A DNA stretch of 64,000 bases from Candidatus Eremiobacteria bacterium (GCA_963737065.1 CAVTRC010000001.1:1056001-1120000), one strand, 5' to 3'; counted from the first letter of the stretch, positions 45,942 through 56,105 are shown. Notes: a model not told the origin generated them from the letters alone. Made by a program: numbers and translations.

Positions 45942-46586
45942 ATGGAGTTTATCGTGCTCGACTTGAACAACAGTAAAGACCCGCAGGAAGTCAAGCCTAC
46001 ACCCAACGGTGCAGACCCCGAGGAAGCCAGACCTACGCCTAAGACCAGCATCTTCGCAGACTATGACAAGATCAAGCTGCCGGTGGATGACGGCCCCGGA
46101 AGCGGGGTCGTCACGGGACTGGGCACCGTCCCGGTAACCAAGCCAGGCAAGGCGGATTGGGTCATGGTTCACCCGACCGAAAGCACACCGGTCTGCGGAC
46201 TATTCACTGACGGCGACAAGACCTGCTACTTTGTCCTGCCGGGAGTGTTCCCGGTCGTTGCGCAATACGCCTTACACGTAACTTTCCACAAGGCGGTCAC
46301 GGCGCAGCGCAAGGCTTTTATCTGGCCGGTGCCGGTCGTAACCACGGACAATGAGCGGGCGCAGAAGTGGTATCAGTCGCACCGCAATGCCATGGAACAC
46401 GCCAAGACATGCTGGACGCAAATGTATTCGGATCAGCAGATGGGCGGGTATCACTACCGGAAGGCGCCCGGCGATTTGGGACAGCCGTTCTGGCGTCCGG
46501 AAACCCTGCAAGAGATGTTGGAGATCGCCTTCCGCGATAAGATTATCGCCGACATCTCACATCCGATCAACCGCAAGCGAGAGTGA
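45942..46586 (+). CDS. Conserved phage replication-region protein (possible SSB-like); last codons come from host DNA
   Basis: [40 protein letters not shown]; reads across the right junction at 46565. Confidence 0.6.
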   Translation: MEFIVLDLNNSKDPQEVKPTPNGADPEEARPTPKTSIFADYDKIKLPVDDGPGSGVVTGLGTVPVTKPGKADWVMVHPTESTPVCGLFTDGDKTCYFVLPGVFPVVAQYALHVTFHKAVTAQRKAFIWPVPVVTTDNERAQKWYQSHRNAMEHAKTCWTQMYSDQQMGGYHYRKAPGDLGQPFWRPETLQEMLEIAFRDKIIADISHPINRKRE

Positions 46587-47103
46587 CAGATTCGAAATGT
46601 ACGGGAAAGGATGTCCGCTGTCGACGGCAAGCGGCGTCAGCACGGGAAAGAGACGGTCGTCGAACGTACGCTCGAGCGCCAGTTGCGTTTCTTCGTCGAG
46701 TTCGCCAACGCGCACCACGCGAATTCCGTGCGTTTCGAGTGCGGGCAGCAGTTCTTCGGAAAGCAGCGGCATTTGTTTTGCAAGCGACTGACGCAAGACG
46801 ATCGGAGATTGCGGCGAGATGCTCGGCCGGCATGCGGCCGTCTTCCGAGCGGCGCACCACCTGCGCTTCAATTTGTTGTTTGATCGCGGCGACGCGGATC
46901 ATGAAGAACTCGTCGAGATTCGTCCCAAAGATTGCGACGAACTTCAAGCGCTCGAAGAGCGGCGTACTCCGGTCGAGAGCTTCTTCCAGCACGCGATCGT
47001 TGAACTCGAGCCACGAAAGCTCCCGGCTGAAGAATAGCTGAGGGTCGTCGAGCGCGGGTGGCACCGCGGTCTGGGCAGCCAAAACATCGCGCTGGGTGAG
47101 CAT
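46565..47103 (-). pseudogene. ppk1: Polyphosphate kinase 1, 5' part (frameshift near 46796)
   Basis: [61 protein letters not shown]. Confidence 0.95.
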
Positions 47104-47142
47104 GCGATAAGATTCTCCGAGCCGGCGCGAAACACTAGCGCA

Positions 47143-47739
47143 ATGTGGCCAAGCATTCTGCAGCATGCCTGGCGCCATGCGGTCCTCAGCGTCGACGCAC
47201 TCGCGTCCGCTGCGGTGCTTGGGTGCGCGCTTGGGATTGCCGCGTGGTCGTGGTCGGCGGTGCGAGGATTGGCGCTCGGTGCGGCGGCGCTCGGACGAAC
47301 GATCCCCAGTATCGCTTTGCTGATGCTGTTGATCCCGGTGCTCGGTGTGGGCATTGCGCCCGCGATCGTGGCGCTCACGCTGCTCGCGCTTCCACCGATC
47401 GTCGTCAACGTTGACGTCGCTCTTCGCGAAGTTTCGCCGGCAGTACTCGATGCGGCATCCGGCCTCGGCATGACGCCGTTGCAGCGGTTCACGCGCGTTA
47501 GCGTGCCGCTCGCGCTTCCCGTCGCTATCTCCGGCGTTCGGACGGCGAGCGTTGAAGTTATCGGAAGCGCAACCCTCGCAACGTTTATCGGCGCGGGTGG
47601 GCTGGGTGACGACATCGTACGCGCGCTGCAAACAAGCGATGTCGAACTGCTTCTTGCGGCAACCGTAACGGTCGCCGCTTTGGCGTTCGCGGCGGAATTT
47701 CTTTTGGCGCGCGTGGCCGCACGCGCCGAGGTGCGCTAG
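47143..47739 (+). CDS. Osmoprotectant (QAT family) ABC permease
   Basis: [26 protein letters not shown] loop, IGAGGLG. Confidence 0.9.
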   Translation: MWPSILQHAWRHAVLSVDALASAAVLGCALGIAAWSWSAVRGLALGAAALGRTIPSIALLMLLIPVLGVGIAPAIVALTLLALPPIVVNVDVALREVSPAVLDAASGLGMTPLQRFTRVSVPLALPVAISGVRTASVEVIGSATLATFIGAGGLGDDIVRALQTSDVELLLAATVTVAALAFAAEFLLARVAARAEVR

Positions 47740-48615
47740 ATGATCGTTTCGCGCGCGCGCGCCCTCGCACTGCTCGGGTCGTCTGCGTTTTTGGCATCGT
47801 GCGGGTCGCGCGAGTCGGTCAACGTCGGTTCGAAGAATTTCACGGAATCGATCGTCATCGGAGAAATTTACGCGCAGGCGCTCGAACGCGCGGGATATCG
47901 CGTGCAGCGCCGCTTGAATCTCGGCTCGACCGAAATCATGCTCGCGGCGATGCACCGCGGCGACATCGATCTCTATCCGGAATACACGGGCACCGCGTTG
48001 ATCGACGTCCTTCATCATGCGCCGCTGGCGGATCCGCGCGCCATCTTCGAGATCGTGCAACGCGAGTTCGCGCAACGCTACGATCTACGATGGCTTCGCG
48101 CCTCACCGATGAACGACTCGCAAGCACTCGCGACAACGGCGCGGATTGCCGCGAATTACGATCTTCGCACGCTCTCGGATCTGGCGCCCCTTGCGAGCCG
48201 GCTGCGCCTCGCGACGATTCCTGAATTCGTAACGCGTCCAGACGGTCTGCCCGGATTGCAGCGCTTCTACGGCGGATTTCGTTTCGCGAACGTACGCACG
48301 TACGATATCGCGTTGAAATACCAGGCTTTGCTCGGCGGTGAGGCCGACGTGGCGACCGCGTTCACCACCGACGGCGCGATTCCGACCAACCATCTCGTCG
48401 TGCTGGAAGACGACAAGCATCTGTGGCCGCCGTATAACGTCGCGCCGGTGTTGCGCGCTGCCACGGCATCCGATGTAAAACTCGTCTCTGCACTCGACTC
48501 GGTCTCGCCGCATATAACGAGCGCCGCCGCAGCGCAGATGAACGCGCAGGTCGAGGATCGCCAGCAAGATCCGGCCGACGTCGCGGCGGCATTTCTGCGA
48601 AACGTGCGCGCGTGA
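47740..48615 (+). CDS. QAT family ABC substrate-binding lipoprotein
   Basis: Lipobox [30 protein letters not shown]. Confidence 0.92.
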   Translation: MIVSRARALALLGSSAFLASCGSRESVNVGSKNFTESIVIGEIYAQALERAGYRVQRRLNLGSTEIMLAAMHRGDIDLYPEYTGTALIDVLHHAPLADPRAIFEIVQREFAQRYDLRWLRASPMNDSQALATTARIAANYDLRTLSDLAPLASRLRLATIPEFVTRPDGLPGLQRFYGGFRFANVRTYDIALKYQALLGGEADVATAFTTDGAIPTNHLVVLEDDKHLWPPYNVAPVLRAATASDVKLVSALDSVSPHITSAAAAQMNAQVEDRQQDPADVAAAFLRNVRA

Positions 48616-49388
48616 GCGGTTCATCGATTCAGTTCAAACGCGTCGGCGCACGATACCCGCACGCCGACCGCGACGCCGTCAACGATATCAATCTCGAAAT
48701 AGACGCCGGAGAGTTCGTCACGCTCGTCGGTCCGTCGGGGTGCGGCAAAACGACGCTGCTGCGCACGGTGAACCGGCTCGTTCCGCTCACGACCGGCACG
48801 ATCTTACTCGACGGCACCGATATCGCGGCGCTCGATCCGATCGCCGTGCGACGGAGTATCGGGTACGCGATTCAGGCGACGGGTCTTTTCCCGCATATGA
48901 ATGTTGCGCAGAACATCGGCGTGGTTCCGTCGCTTCTGCGCTGGCCGCGTGCCGACGTCGACGCGCGCGTTGACGAGATGCTGGAACTCGTGCGTCTCGA
49001 TGCGTCGCGCTACCGCAGCCGTCGTCCACGCGAACTTTCGGGCGGCGAAGCGCAACGGGTCGGCGTCGCACGCGCGCTCGCCGCGCGCCCGCGAGCGCTG
49101 CTGATGGACGAGCCGTTCGGCGCGCTTGACGCGATCGTGCGGCGCGATCTGCAAACCGAGCTCTTGCGGATCGTCCGCGACGTCGGATCGACGACGATTT
49201 TCGTGACGCACGACGTGAACGAGTCGCTTCATCTCGCCGATCGCGTCGTCGTGCTCAATGGCGGACATATCGAGCAAGTCGCTACGCCGATCGGCATCTT
49301 GCGCGAGCCGGCGACGCCGTTCGTTGCGCAACTCTTTGCGCCGGACGACGTTATCGCGCGCCTTCGCAGCAATGCCGGCCGCGCGTGA
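48612..49388 (+). CDS. QAT family ABC ATPase
   Basis: GPSGCGKT, LSGGEAQR, LMDEPFGALD, VTHD. Confidence 0.95.
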   Translation: MSGSSIQFKRVGARYPHADRDAVNDINLEIDAGEFVTLVGPSGCGKTTLLRTVNRLVPLTTGTILLDGTDIAALDPIAVRRSIGYAIQATGLFPHMNVAQNIGVVPSLLRWPRADVDARVDEMLELVRLDASRYRSRRPRELSGGEAQRVGVARALAARPRALLMDEPFGALDAIVRRDLQTELLRIVRDVGSTTIFVTHDVNESLHLADRVVVLNGGHIEQVATPIGILREPATPFVAQLFAPDDVIARLRSNAGRA

Positions 49389-49999
49389 CCTATCTCCAAA
49401 CGCACGCCGCGCGCGTACTCTCTCTGCTCGGCGCACATGTCGAACTCGTTGCGGTCGCTCTGGTCGCCGCACTCGCCATCGCGCTGCCGCTCGGAATCCT
49501 TGCCGCGCGCGCAAAACGGCGCGCCTCGCTGCTGCTTGGAACGCTCGGCGCGATCTATACGATCCCGAGCCTCGCGCTGCTGGCGCTATTGGTCCAAGCC
49601 GTTGGCCTCGGTCCGCTGCCGATCTTCATTGCGCTCGTTGCCTATGCGCAGTTCATGCTCGTTCGCAACGTCGTCGCGGGGATCGACGGCGTCGATCCGG
49701 CGATCCGCGACGCGGCGCTCGGACTCGGCATGTCGCCGAGACAATCGCTCTTGCGCGTGGAATTGCCGCTCGCCGCGCCGGTGATGTTAGCCGGCGCACG
49801 CATTGCAGCGATCGCGATGGTTGCGCTTGCAACGCTGGGCGGCTATGTCGGCGGCGGTGGATTGGGCACGCTGATATTCACCGGCCTGGCACTGCATCAC
49901 AACGACGAAATCGTCGCGGGAAGCATCGCCGTCTCGGCGCTCGCCATCGCGATCGACCTCGCGCTGCGTGCGGTAGAGCGGCTATGGATGAAGATATGA
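49385..49999 (+). CDS. QAT family ABC permease
   Basis: YTIPSLAL, DAALGLGMS..VELPLA, GGGGLG. Confidence 0.92.
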   Translation: MTYLQTHAARVLSLLGAHVELVAVALVAALAIALPLGILAARAKRRASLLLGTLGAIYTIPSLALLALLVQAVGLGPLPIFIALVAYAQFMLVRNVVAGIDGVDPAIRDAALGLGMSPRQSLLRVELPLAAPVMLAGARIAAIAMVALATLGGYVGGGGLGTLIFTGLALHHNDEIVAGSIAVSALAIAIDLALRAVERLWMKI

Positions 50000-52036
50000 A
50001 TTCATCCAATCGGCCATGATATGCAGGCGTTCGACGCGGTGGATGGGGGCGCCGGTCCGGTTGAGGTCGTGCGTTTCACCGGGCACGTCGACGAAGGTGA
50101 TCTTTTGTCCGAGGATCTTGAGCAGTGTGAACCAGGTGATCGTTTGATCCGCGGGCGTGCGCGTGTCGAGTTCGGAGTGCAGGATCATCATCGGCGTATG
50201 CACGTTTTTGACGTAGTTGATCGGCGACATCGTCTGCCAGAGGCTCGTCATGTCCCATGGATTGCCCCACTGATAGAACCCGCCCAGACCGTTCTTGGAC
50301 GCGAAATCCGCGCCGTTGTTCTCGGTCACGAGATTATCGACGACGCGCTCGGCGATTGCGGTCTTATACCGATCCGTGTGAGAAACGACCCAAAGCGTCG
50401 CATACCCGCCATACGATCCGCCGGTCACGGCGAGGCGCGACGGATCGACTTCCGGCCGCTTCACCGCTTCGTCCATCACCGCTTGCACGTCGTCGAACAT
50501 CGCGTCACCGTAACTTTTTGTGAGCGCGGCTTCGAAGGGATAGCCGAAACCGACGCTTCCGCGCGGATCGGAAAAGACGACGTTGTATCCAAGTCCCGCC
50601 CAGTATTGAAACTCATGGAAGAACGTGTCGCCGAACTGGGTCTCCGGGCCGCCGTGAATGTCGAGCAGCGTGGGGTGCGGTGCTTTGCCGGTTAACGCGG
50701 GCATCAACCACGCATGAACGGTGAATCCGGCCGAATCTTTCACCGCGAACGCCTGCGGCACCGAAAGCGTTACGTCGCGCAAATATGCCTCGTTCACGCG
50801 CGTTAGCTGCCGCGGTGCGCCGCCGGGAATATCGACGACGTAGACGTCGGCGGGATGCATAAAATCGCTGTAGAGATACGCGGCGCGCTTGCCGTCGCTC
50901 GAGAGCGAACATGAGAACGCTTCACCGCGCGGCGGGGTAAGATCGCTCACCTGACCGTTCTCGAGATCGAGATATCGCAGATTCGAGTATCCCGGGCCAT
51001 CGGCGTTGATGACGGCGCGCTTTTCGTCGGGAAACAGGTCACCGCACGCGCCACCGCCTTCTTTCATATCGGCGAGCAATGCATCGCCGAACGAAAAGGC
51101 GTTAACGGGGACGAACTCGCGCATGCCCGAGCCGTCGAAATTTGCCCACCGCATCGCTTGATACTCCGCGGGATCCGTTACATCGCCCGCACCGTAAATC
51201 AACCGGTTCGTTCGCCGTGAAACAAACAGCAAGTTGTTCGACGGCTTGTCGGAGGGCATCTTCGATAACGCTCCGCCCTCGGCGGAAACCGTGTAAACGT
51301 CGTTCGGGCCGCCGTCGACCGCATCGTATCGCAACGAGTTGAACACAAGCGTTCGTCCGTCCGCAGACCACGCGTAATTGTTTTCCCCCCACTGCCCGTT
51401 GGTAATTTGACGAACGCCGGAGCCATCGGCGTTCATCGTCCAAATATGCGGATGTTTATCGTAGACGAAGCCTTCACCGTTGAATTCATAGAAGAGTTCA
51501 TTGATGGTGCGAATATCGCTCCTCTTCTCGTCTTTCGCCGGCGTAAATCCGGCTTTCGCGAAATCGATCCGTGCGTTCGGCGCCGGATCCGTGTCGACCA
51601 CGGTGAAGGCGATGTGTTTGCCGTCGCGCGAGGGAACCGGACCGCTCGCGCCGTTTTTTACGTTGCTGATCTTCGCGATTTTCGCCGTCGCAACGTCGTA
51701 GCGGAAGATCTGCGGTCGTTTCTTCGCGGGCGTCCGCACGAAATAGACGTACTTTGAATCCGGCGACCACGCGATGTCGCCGTCCGTCGTGCCTCGTGTC
51801 GCATCGATCGTCGTCGCACGCGCAACGTCGACCAACAGGATCGTCGAATCGTAGGTATCCTTGGGACCGTTCATTCGTCGCCGCACGACCGCGACATGCG
51901 CTCCATCGGGTGCAATGAGCGCCTGCTCCAACAGATTCAAATGAAAGAGATCTTCCGCAGCAACAGGGCGCGCGGCAGCCGCGACGGGCGCAGCAAAAAT
52001 CGCTGCGGCGACAGCGAGCGTCACAAAGCACTTCAT
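49982..52036 (-). CDS. Secreted S9 family peptidase
   Basis: Beta-propeller WSPD repeats, IHGGP, GGSYGG, D.RT, GETH. Confidence 0.93.
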   Translation of the reverse strand: MKCFVTLAVAAAIFAAPVAAAARPVAAEDLFHLNLLEQALIAPDGAHVAVVRRRMNGPKDTYDSTILLVDVARATTIDATRGTTDGDIAWSPDSKYVYFVRTPAKKRPQIFRYDVATAKIAKISNVKNGASGPVPSRDGKHIAFTVVDTDPAPNARIDFAKAGFTPAKDEKRSDIRTINELFYEFNGEGFVYDKHPHIWTMNADGSGVRQITNGQWGENNYAWSADGRTLVFNSLRYDAVDGGPNDVYTVSAEGGALSKMPSDKPSNNLLFVSRRTNRLIYGAGDVTDPAEYQAMRWANFDGSGMREFVPVNAFSFGDALLADMKEGGGACGDLFPDEKRAVINADGPGYSNLRYLDLENGQVSDLTPPRGEAFSCSLSSDGKRAAYLYSDFMHPADVYVVDIPGGAPRQLTRVNEAYLRDVTLSVPQAFAVKDSAGFTVHAWLMPALTGKAPHPTLLDIHGGPETQFGDTFFHEFQYWAGLGYNVVFSDPRGSVGFGYPFEAALTKSYGDAMFDDVQAVMDEAVKRPEVDPSRLAVTGGSYGGYATLWVVSHTDRYKTAIAERVVDNLVTENNGADFASKNGLGGFYQWGNPWDMTSLWQTMSPINYVKNVHTPMMILHSELDTRTPADQTITWFTLLKILGQKITFVDVPGETHDLNRTGAPIHRVERLHIMADWMNSYLHP

Positions 52037-52063
52037 CCTGCGCGCCTTCGCGCGCCGCCCGGG

Positions 52064-53068
52064 CTACCCTTTGACGAGCATGTGCAGGTTGAAGCGTTTC
52101 GCTTTATCGTGCCAAACATGTGACACGTTGAAGCCGGTTCCGGCTGCGAGAGCCGCGATATCGTTGTCGTCGAATTTATGCGATGATTCCGTGTGAATCG
52201 GTTCGCCTTGACGAAAGTGTACGATCGTTTTGAGCGCATCGATCGCGAAGTTTTGTTCGCGCAACGAGACGAGATATGAGTCGACCGCGCCGCGCTTGGC
52301 ATCGTACTGTGCGACATGCCGGAAGCATCGAAGATCAAAACCTCCGCCCAGTTCGCGATTTATGCGCCCGAGAATGTTTTTATTGAATGCCGAGGTCACG
52401 CCGGTCGGATCGTCATATGCGCGCTCCAATACCCGGGGATCTTTCTTACGATCCGTTCCAAGTACGAGCGCATCGCCCGGGCGTAGTGCGTCGGCGATGA
52501 GCGTTACGAGCGCTCGCGCTTCGGGCGGAGTGTAATTGCCGATGTTCGACCCCATCAGCATCGCTAGTACGCGGCGGCCGAACCGCAACACGCCGGATTT
52601 CAACACGGTGAAGTAATCACCGGCATATGCGCGCACGGAAAGCGCCGGGAAACTTTCCACCAACGCCGCCGACGATGCGCGCAATGCATCGACCGAAATG
52701 TCGATCGGACTGTACACGAGGCTCTTTTGCGCGCGCATCGCTTCGCCGATCAGCAGACGGGTTTTCACCGCGCTTCCGCTTCCCAACTCGAGAAAATCGA
52801 CCGGCTCACCGAGAACGCGTACGATCTCCCAGCCCCAGTCGCGCAGAATTTCAGTTTCGGCGGCAGTCAGGTAGTACTCGGGCAGATGCGTGATCGCTTC
52901 AAACAGCGATGACCCCAGATCGTCATAGAAATATTTCGCCGCCAGCCGCTTCGGCGATGCGCTCAAGCCCTCGAGCACGTCGTCGGCAAAGGTGTGGCCC
53001 GCCGCGGCACGAGGGAGCTCGACGATCTCGAACCGGTTCTTCGCGTTGGACGTGATTGGTCGGTACAT
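52064..53068 (-). CDS. egtD: L-histidine N-alpha-methyltransferase
   Basis: KYFYDDLGSSLFEAITHLPEYYLT, ELGSGSAVKT, GSNIGN, AYDDPTGVT.AFN.N, IHTESSHKF. Confidence 0.93.
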   Translation of the reverse strand: MYRPITSNAKNRFEIVELPRAAAGHTFADDVLEGLSASPKRLAAKYFYDDLGSSLFEAITHLPEYYLTAAETEILRDWGWEIVRVLGEPVDFLELGSGSAVKTRLLIGEAMRAQKSLVYSPIDISVDALRASSAALVESFPALSVRAYAGDYFTVLKSGVLRFGRRVLAMLMGSNIGNYTPPEARALVTLIADALRPGDALVLGTDRKKDPRVLERAYDDPTGVTSAFNKNILGRINRELGGGFDLRCFRHVAQYDAKRGAVDSYLVSLREQNFAIDALKTIVHFRQGEPIHTESSHKFDDNDIAALAAGTGFNVSHVWHDKAKRFNLHMLVKG

Positions 53069-53135
53069 ACACCCTCCGGGGAACGGTTTACCACCCCAAC
53101 GCCGCAAATCGCCGCCCGGTTTCAATCCTAGCCGG

Positions 53136-53600
53136 TTATTTGGGGCAAACGTTCCGGATAGCAGTTTCAGCAGCAGGATCGGCCGGAGAATGGAGAGGCC
53201 GGGCGTACATCGCCATGTACGTCTTACCCCGCACGTCGGTGGCGAGAAACTCAATTTCGGACGGCTGCGATGCAGCGTCATTATCGACCTTTGTTTCGCC
53301 TTGCAGTTCGACGAAGAGTGCATCTTGCGTCCCGTTGCAAACCTTGATTCGTTCTTTTTTCTGAAGGCGCGCATCGTTCAAATCGGCTTGCGTCAATGTT
53401 TTGTTCCAATCGATTTGCGCGGGCATCGAAATCAAAACGATATTGTTGTGCGGTGCGGCCGCCCACACTTGCATGAACGGTCCGAACGATGCCTTCGATC
53501 GAAACGACGGCGGAGCTTGAAAGGTTACCGCGTCGGTTGCGCTGCCGCATGCGGGCAACAACGCGACCGCACCGGCAAAGAATACGAGCCGTGCTTTCAT
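53136..53600 (-). CDS. Hypothetical lipoprotein
   Basis: Lipobox LPAC. Confidence 0.7.
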   Translation of the reverse strand: MKARLVFFAGAVALLPACGSATDAVTFQAPPSFRSKASFGPFMQVWAAAPHNNIVLISMPAQIDWNKTLTQADLNDARLQKKERIKVCNGTQDALFVELQGETKVDNDAASQPSEIEFLATDVRGKTYMAMYARPLHSPADPAAETAIRNVCPK

Positions 53601-53610
53601 GGCGCGACCT

Positions 53611-54328
53611 TCAACGGCCGGCGCGAAACTCTTGTTGCACGCGTTCGTATCCCGCAATACGCGCCCACCGCTCGAAAATCAACGCGACATACGCTTTGGT
53701 TTCTGCGTAGGGCGGAACGCCATGGTACTGCGCGACCGCGCCGGGACCCGCATTGTATGCCGCGAGCGCGGTTGCGAATGCATCGTCGTATTGCAAACGG
53801 TACTGCCGGTAATACGCACCGAGGAGACGCGCCGCTGCCGTCGATTGCATCGAACGGATCGAACGGGTCGACGCCGTACGAGTCGGCGGTTTCGATCGTA
53901 AATTGTGCGATCCCGGCCGCGCCGGCCGGTGAGAGCGCGCCGGGGTCGAATGCCGATTCTTGCAAAAGGGTAGCGGCGAGAAACTCGGGTGGTAGATCGT
54001 GGGCACGAGCCGCGCGCACGGTCGCATCCGAAAGTTCGAGCGCGCCGGCTGCCGTTATCCGCGGATTCGTCCGCATGACCCCGCGAGCGATCGCCAATTC
54101 CGGGTAAGAAATATGCGAGCCGTCCTCCACGAGCCGCGCGCCCATAAGCGCGTCGACGTGCGCCGGAGACGGCCAGCTTAGTGCGGTGTCAAGCACGCGG
54201 TCGAGTTGCGGAGTTGCAATAGTACGCGCGTGCACTGTACGGTCGAAGGTGGTTGAAACGCAGCCGCACAACATCGCGGCAGCAGCTACAACGCCGAATA
54301 CGGTCTTAGGACGAAGGAAACGCTTCAC
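53611..54328 (-). CDS. Lytic transglycosylase (SLT domain), frameshift near 53825
   Basis: QESAF, GAAGIAQF, then ALAAYNAGPG..ETKAYV in the adjacent frame. Confidence 0.88.
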
Positions 54329-54856
54329 ATGCATCTAGCGCTGGCGACGCTCATCGTACTTGTGGTAGGAGACTTTACATCGACGTTCTTCTATCACGTC
54401 CCGCAGCATCTTTGGTTCACGCTGCATCTGCGCACGCATCACGATCGCCGGCGCTCGTATTGGGATCACGCGGTGATCTCGCGCAGTCCTGAAGTTCTGC
54501 TCGACGGATTCCTCGGTGCCGTACCATACCTCGTCGTCGCAATTTTCGTTTGGCAAATCTCGTGGCCGGGCGCTCTTTTGGGCCTGGCACTCGGACAACT
54601 TCACGTCTGGTGGCGGCACACGACCGAATTAGGATGGCGCACTCCGGCCTGGATGCGCGCGATCGCGCGACCGCTGCAAATCGTATTGCCCGAGGACCAC
54701 GACGGCCATCACCGAAACCCGGATATCGAGTTTGGCGACATCTTCCGTTTTTACGACGCTCCGGCCCGGGCGCTGATTGCCAAGCTCGCCCCTACCAGCC
54801 GGCGTGTACGAAATGCAGCTCTCCGTCGCTCGAAACGCGCGCCGGTGCGGGCCTAG
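54329..54856 (+). CDS. Sterol desaturase / fatty-acid hydroxylase superfamily protein
   Basis: His boxes YHVPQH, HLRTHH, HVWWRH, HDGHH. Confidence 0.8.
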   Translation: MHLALATLIVLVVGDFTSTFFYHVPQHLWFTLHLRTHHDRRRSYWDHAVISRSPEVLLDGFLGAVPYLVVAIFVWQISWPGALLGLALGQLHVWWRHTTELGWRTPAWMRAIARPLQIVLPEDHDGHHRNPDIEFGDIFRFYDAPARALIAKLAPTSRRVRNAALRRSKRAPVRA

Positions 54857-54865
54857 GAGCCAATA

Positions 54866-56077
54866 TTGACCAAACGGGCACTCTTTTTGATTTCGGATAC
54901 CGGCGGCGGCCACCGAAGCGCCTCAAATGCGATCACGGCTGCGCTGGACGAGATCAAAGAGCCGTTTGCCTTCGAGCATCGCATCGAGGACGTCGCAGCG
55001 CATTGTTCGTTTCCGTTGACGCAGCTCGGCCTCGGATACAGCATGGCGCTGCGGTATGCGCCGCCGGTGTATGGAGCGCTGTACTACGCGACGAACGGGA
55101 GACGGCGATATCGGGCTCTCGTTCGTTTTTGCGAGCCGCTCTACCGCGAACGTCTTCGCGACCTCTTCCTCAGTTACAAGCCCGATGTGATCGTCTCCGT
55201 TCACCCGCTTCTCAACCACGCGGCTCTTCGCGCGCGCGCCGATGCCGGAATGGAAGACATTCCGATCGTTACGGTCATCACCGACCTCGGTAAAGTGCAC
55301 GAATCGTGGCTCATGCCCGATGCCAACGCCGTCGTCGTTCCGGCGCGGGAAGTCTACGAGCGCGCACTTTCGCGCGGCATCTCGCCTTCGCGCCTGCGTC
55401 TGCTCGGCCAGCCGATTCACCCGAAATTCGACGACGTCACGGGAACGAAGGAAGAGTTACGTGATGCGCTCGCGCTGCCGCAAAACCAACTGATCGTTAT
55501 GCTGATGGCGGGTGGTGAAGGCGGCGGCAAACTGCTGCCCACCACGCTCGCACTCGCGAAAGCAAATCTTCCGGTCCATTTGCTCGTCGTCTGCGGGCGC
55601 AACGAACCGCTCAAAGCAAAACTCGAAGAGCTGCAGCAATCGCTGCCGACGCCGATGACGGTCCTCGGCTTCACCGACAAGATTCCCGAGTATTTCCGGG
55701 CCGTCGATCTTCTCGTAACGAAAGCCGGACCCGGATCGCTTGCGGAAGCAAACGCCGCGCAACTACCCGTGGTCGTCTACGACTACGTTCCCGGACAGGA
55801 ACGCGGCAACGTCGATTTCGTGCGCAACAACGGATTGGGTGCAGTCGCGTTGCACGGAGCCGGACAAGTGACGCAGGCCGTCCGCATGCTCATTCGCACG
55901 CCGCATCGCTTGGATGAAATACGGCGCAATCAGGAGCGCGTGGCGCCCGTGCGCAGCTCGCGTCGCATCGCGGCGCTCATCGCGCAGATCGCGAATACCG
56001 GGACTTTACCCGCGCAGGACGAGGCGACCGTACGACACGTTTTCGCGGCGTCCGCGGCAGCGCGCGCGTCGGCGTAA
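54866..56077 (+). CDS. MGDG synthase/UgtP-like glycosyltransferase (GT28)
   Basis: SDTGGGH, PDVIVSVHP, TVITD, MAGGEG, VCGRN, KAGPG, PGQERGN. Confidence 0.9.
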   Translation: MTKRALFLISDTGGGHRSASNAITAALDEIKEPFAFEHRIEDVAAHCSFPLTQLGLGYSMALRYAPPVYGALYYATNGRRRYRALVRFCEPLYRERLRDLFLSYKPDVIVSVHPLLNHAALRARADAGMEDIPIVTVITDLGKVHESWLMPDANAVVVPAREVYERALSRGISPSRLRLLGQPIHPKFDDVTGTKEELRDALALPQNQLIVMLMAGGEGGGKLLPTTLALAKANLPVHLLVVCGRNEPLKAKLEELQQSLPTPMTVLGFTDKIPEYFRAVDLLVTKAGPGSLAEANAAQLPVVVYDYVPGQERGNVDFVRNNGLGAVALHGAGQVTQAVRMLIRTPHRLDEIRRNQERVAPVRSSRRIAALIAQIANTGTLPAQDEATVRHVFAASAAARASA

Positions 56078-56105
56078 TCGCGCCCGGCGTTACGATACGT
56101 ACAAG

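Larger units (their letters stand above)
29149..46570. mobile_element. ~17.4 kb phage/plasmid-like element inserted in ppk1
   Basis: ppk1 halves on both sides; GATCAA at 29149-29154 and 46565-46570; phage- and plasmid-type genes; visibly different sequence style. Confidence 0.85.

Noticed and set aside
46567..48075. 502-aa ORF as a single gene
   Set aside because: Its 5' part is antisense shadow of the ABC genes; only the part from ATG 47103 is ppk1
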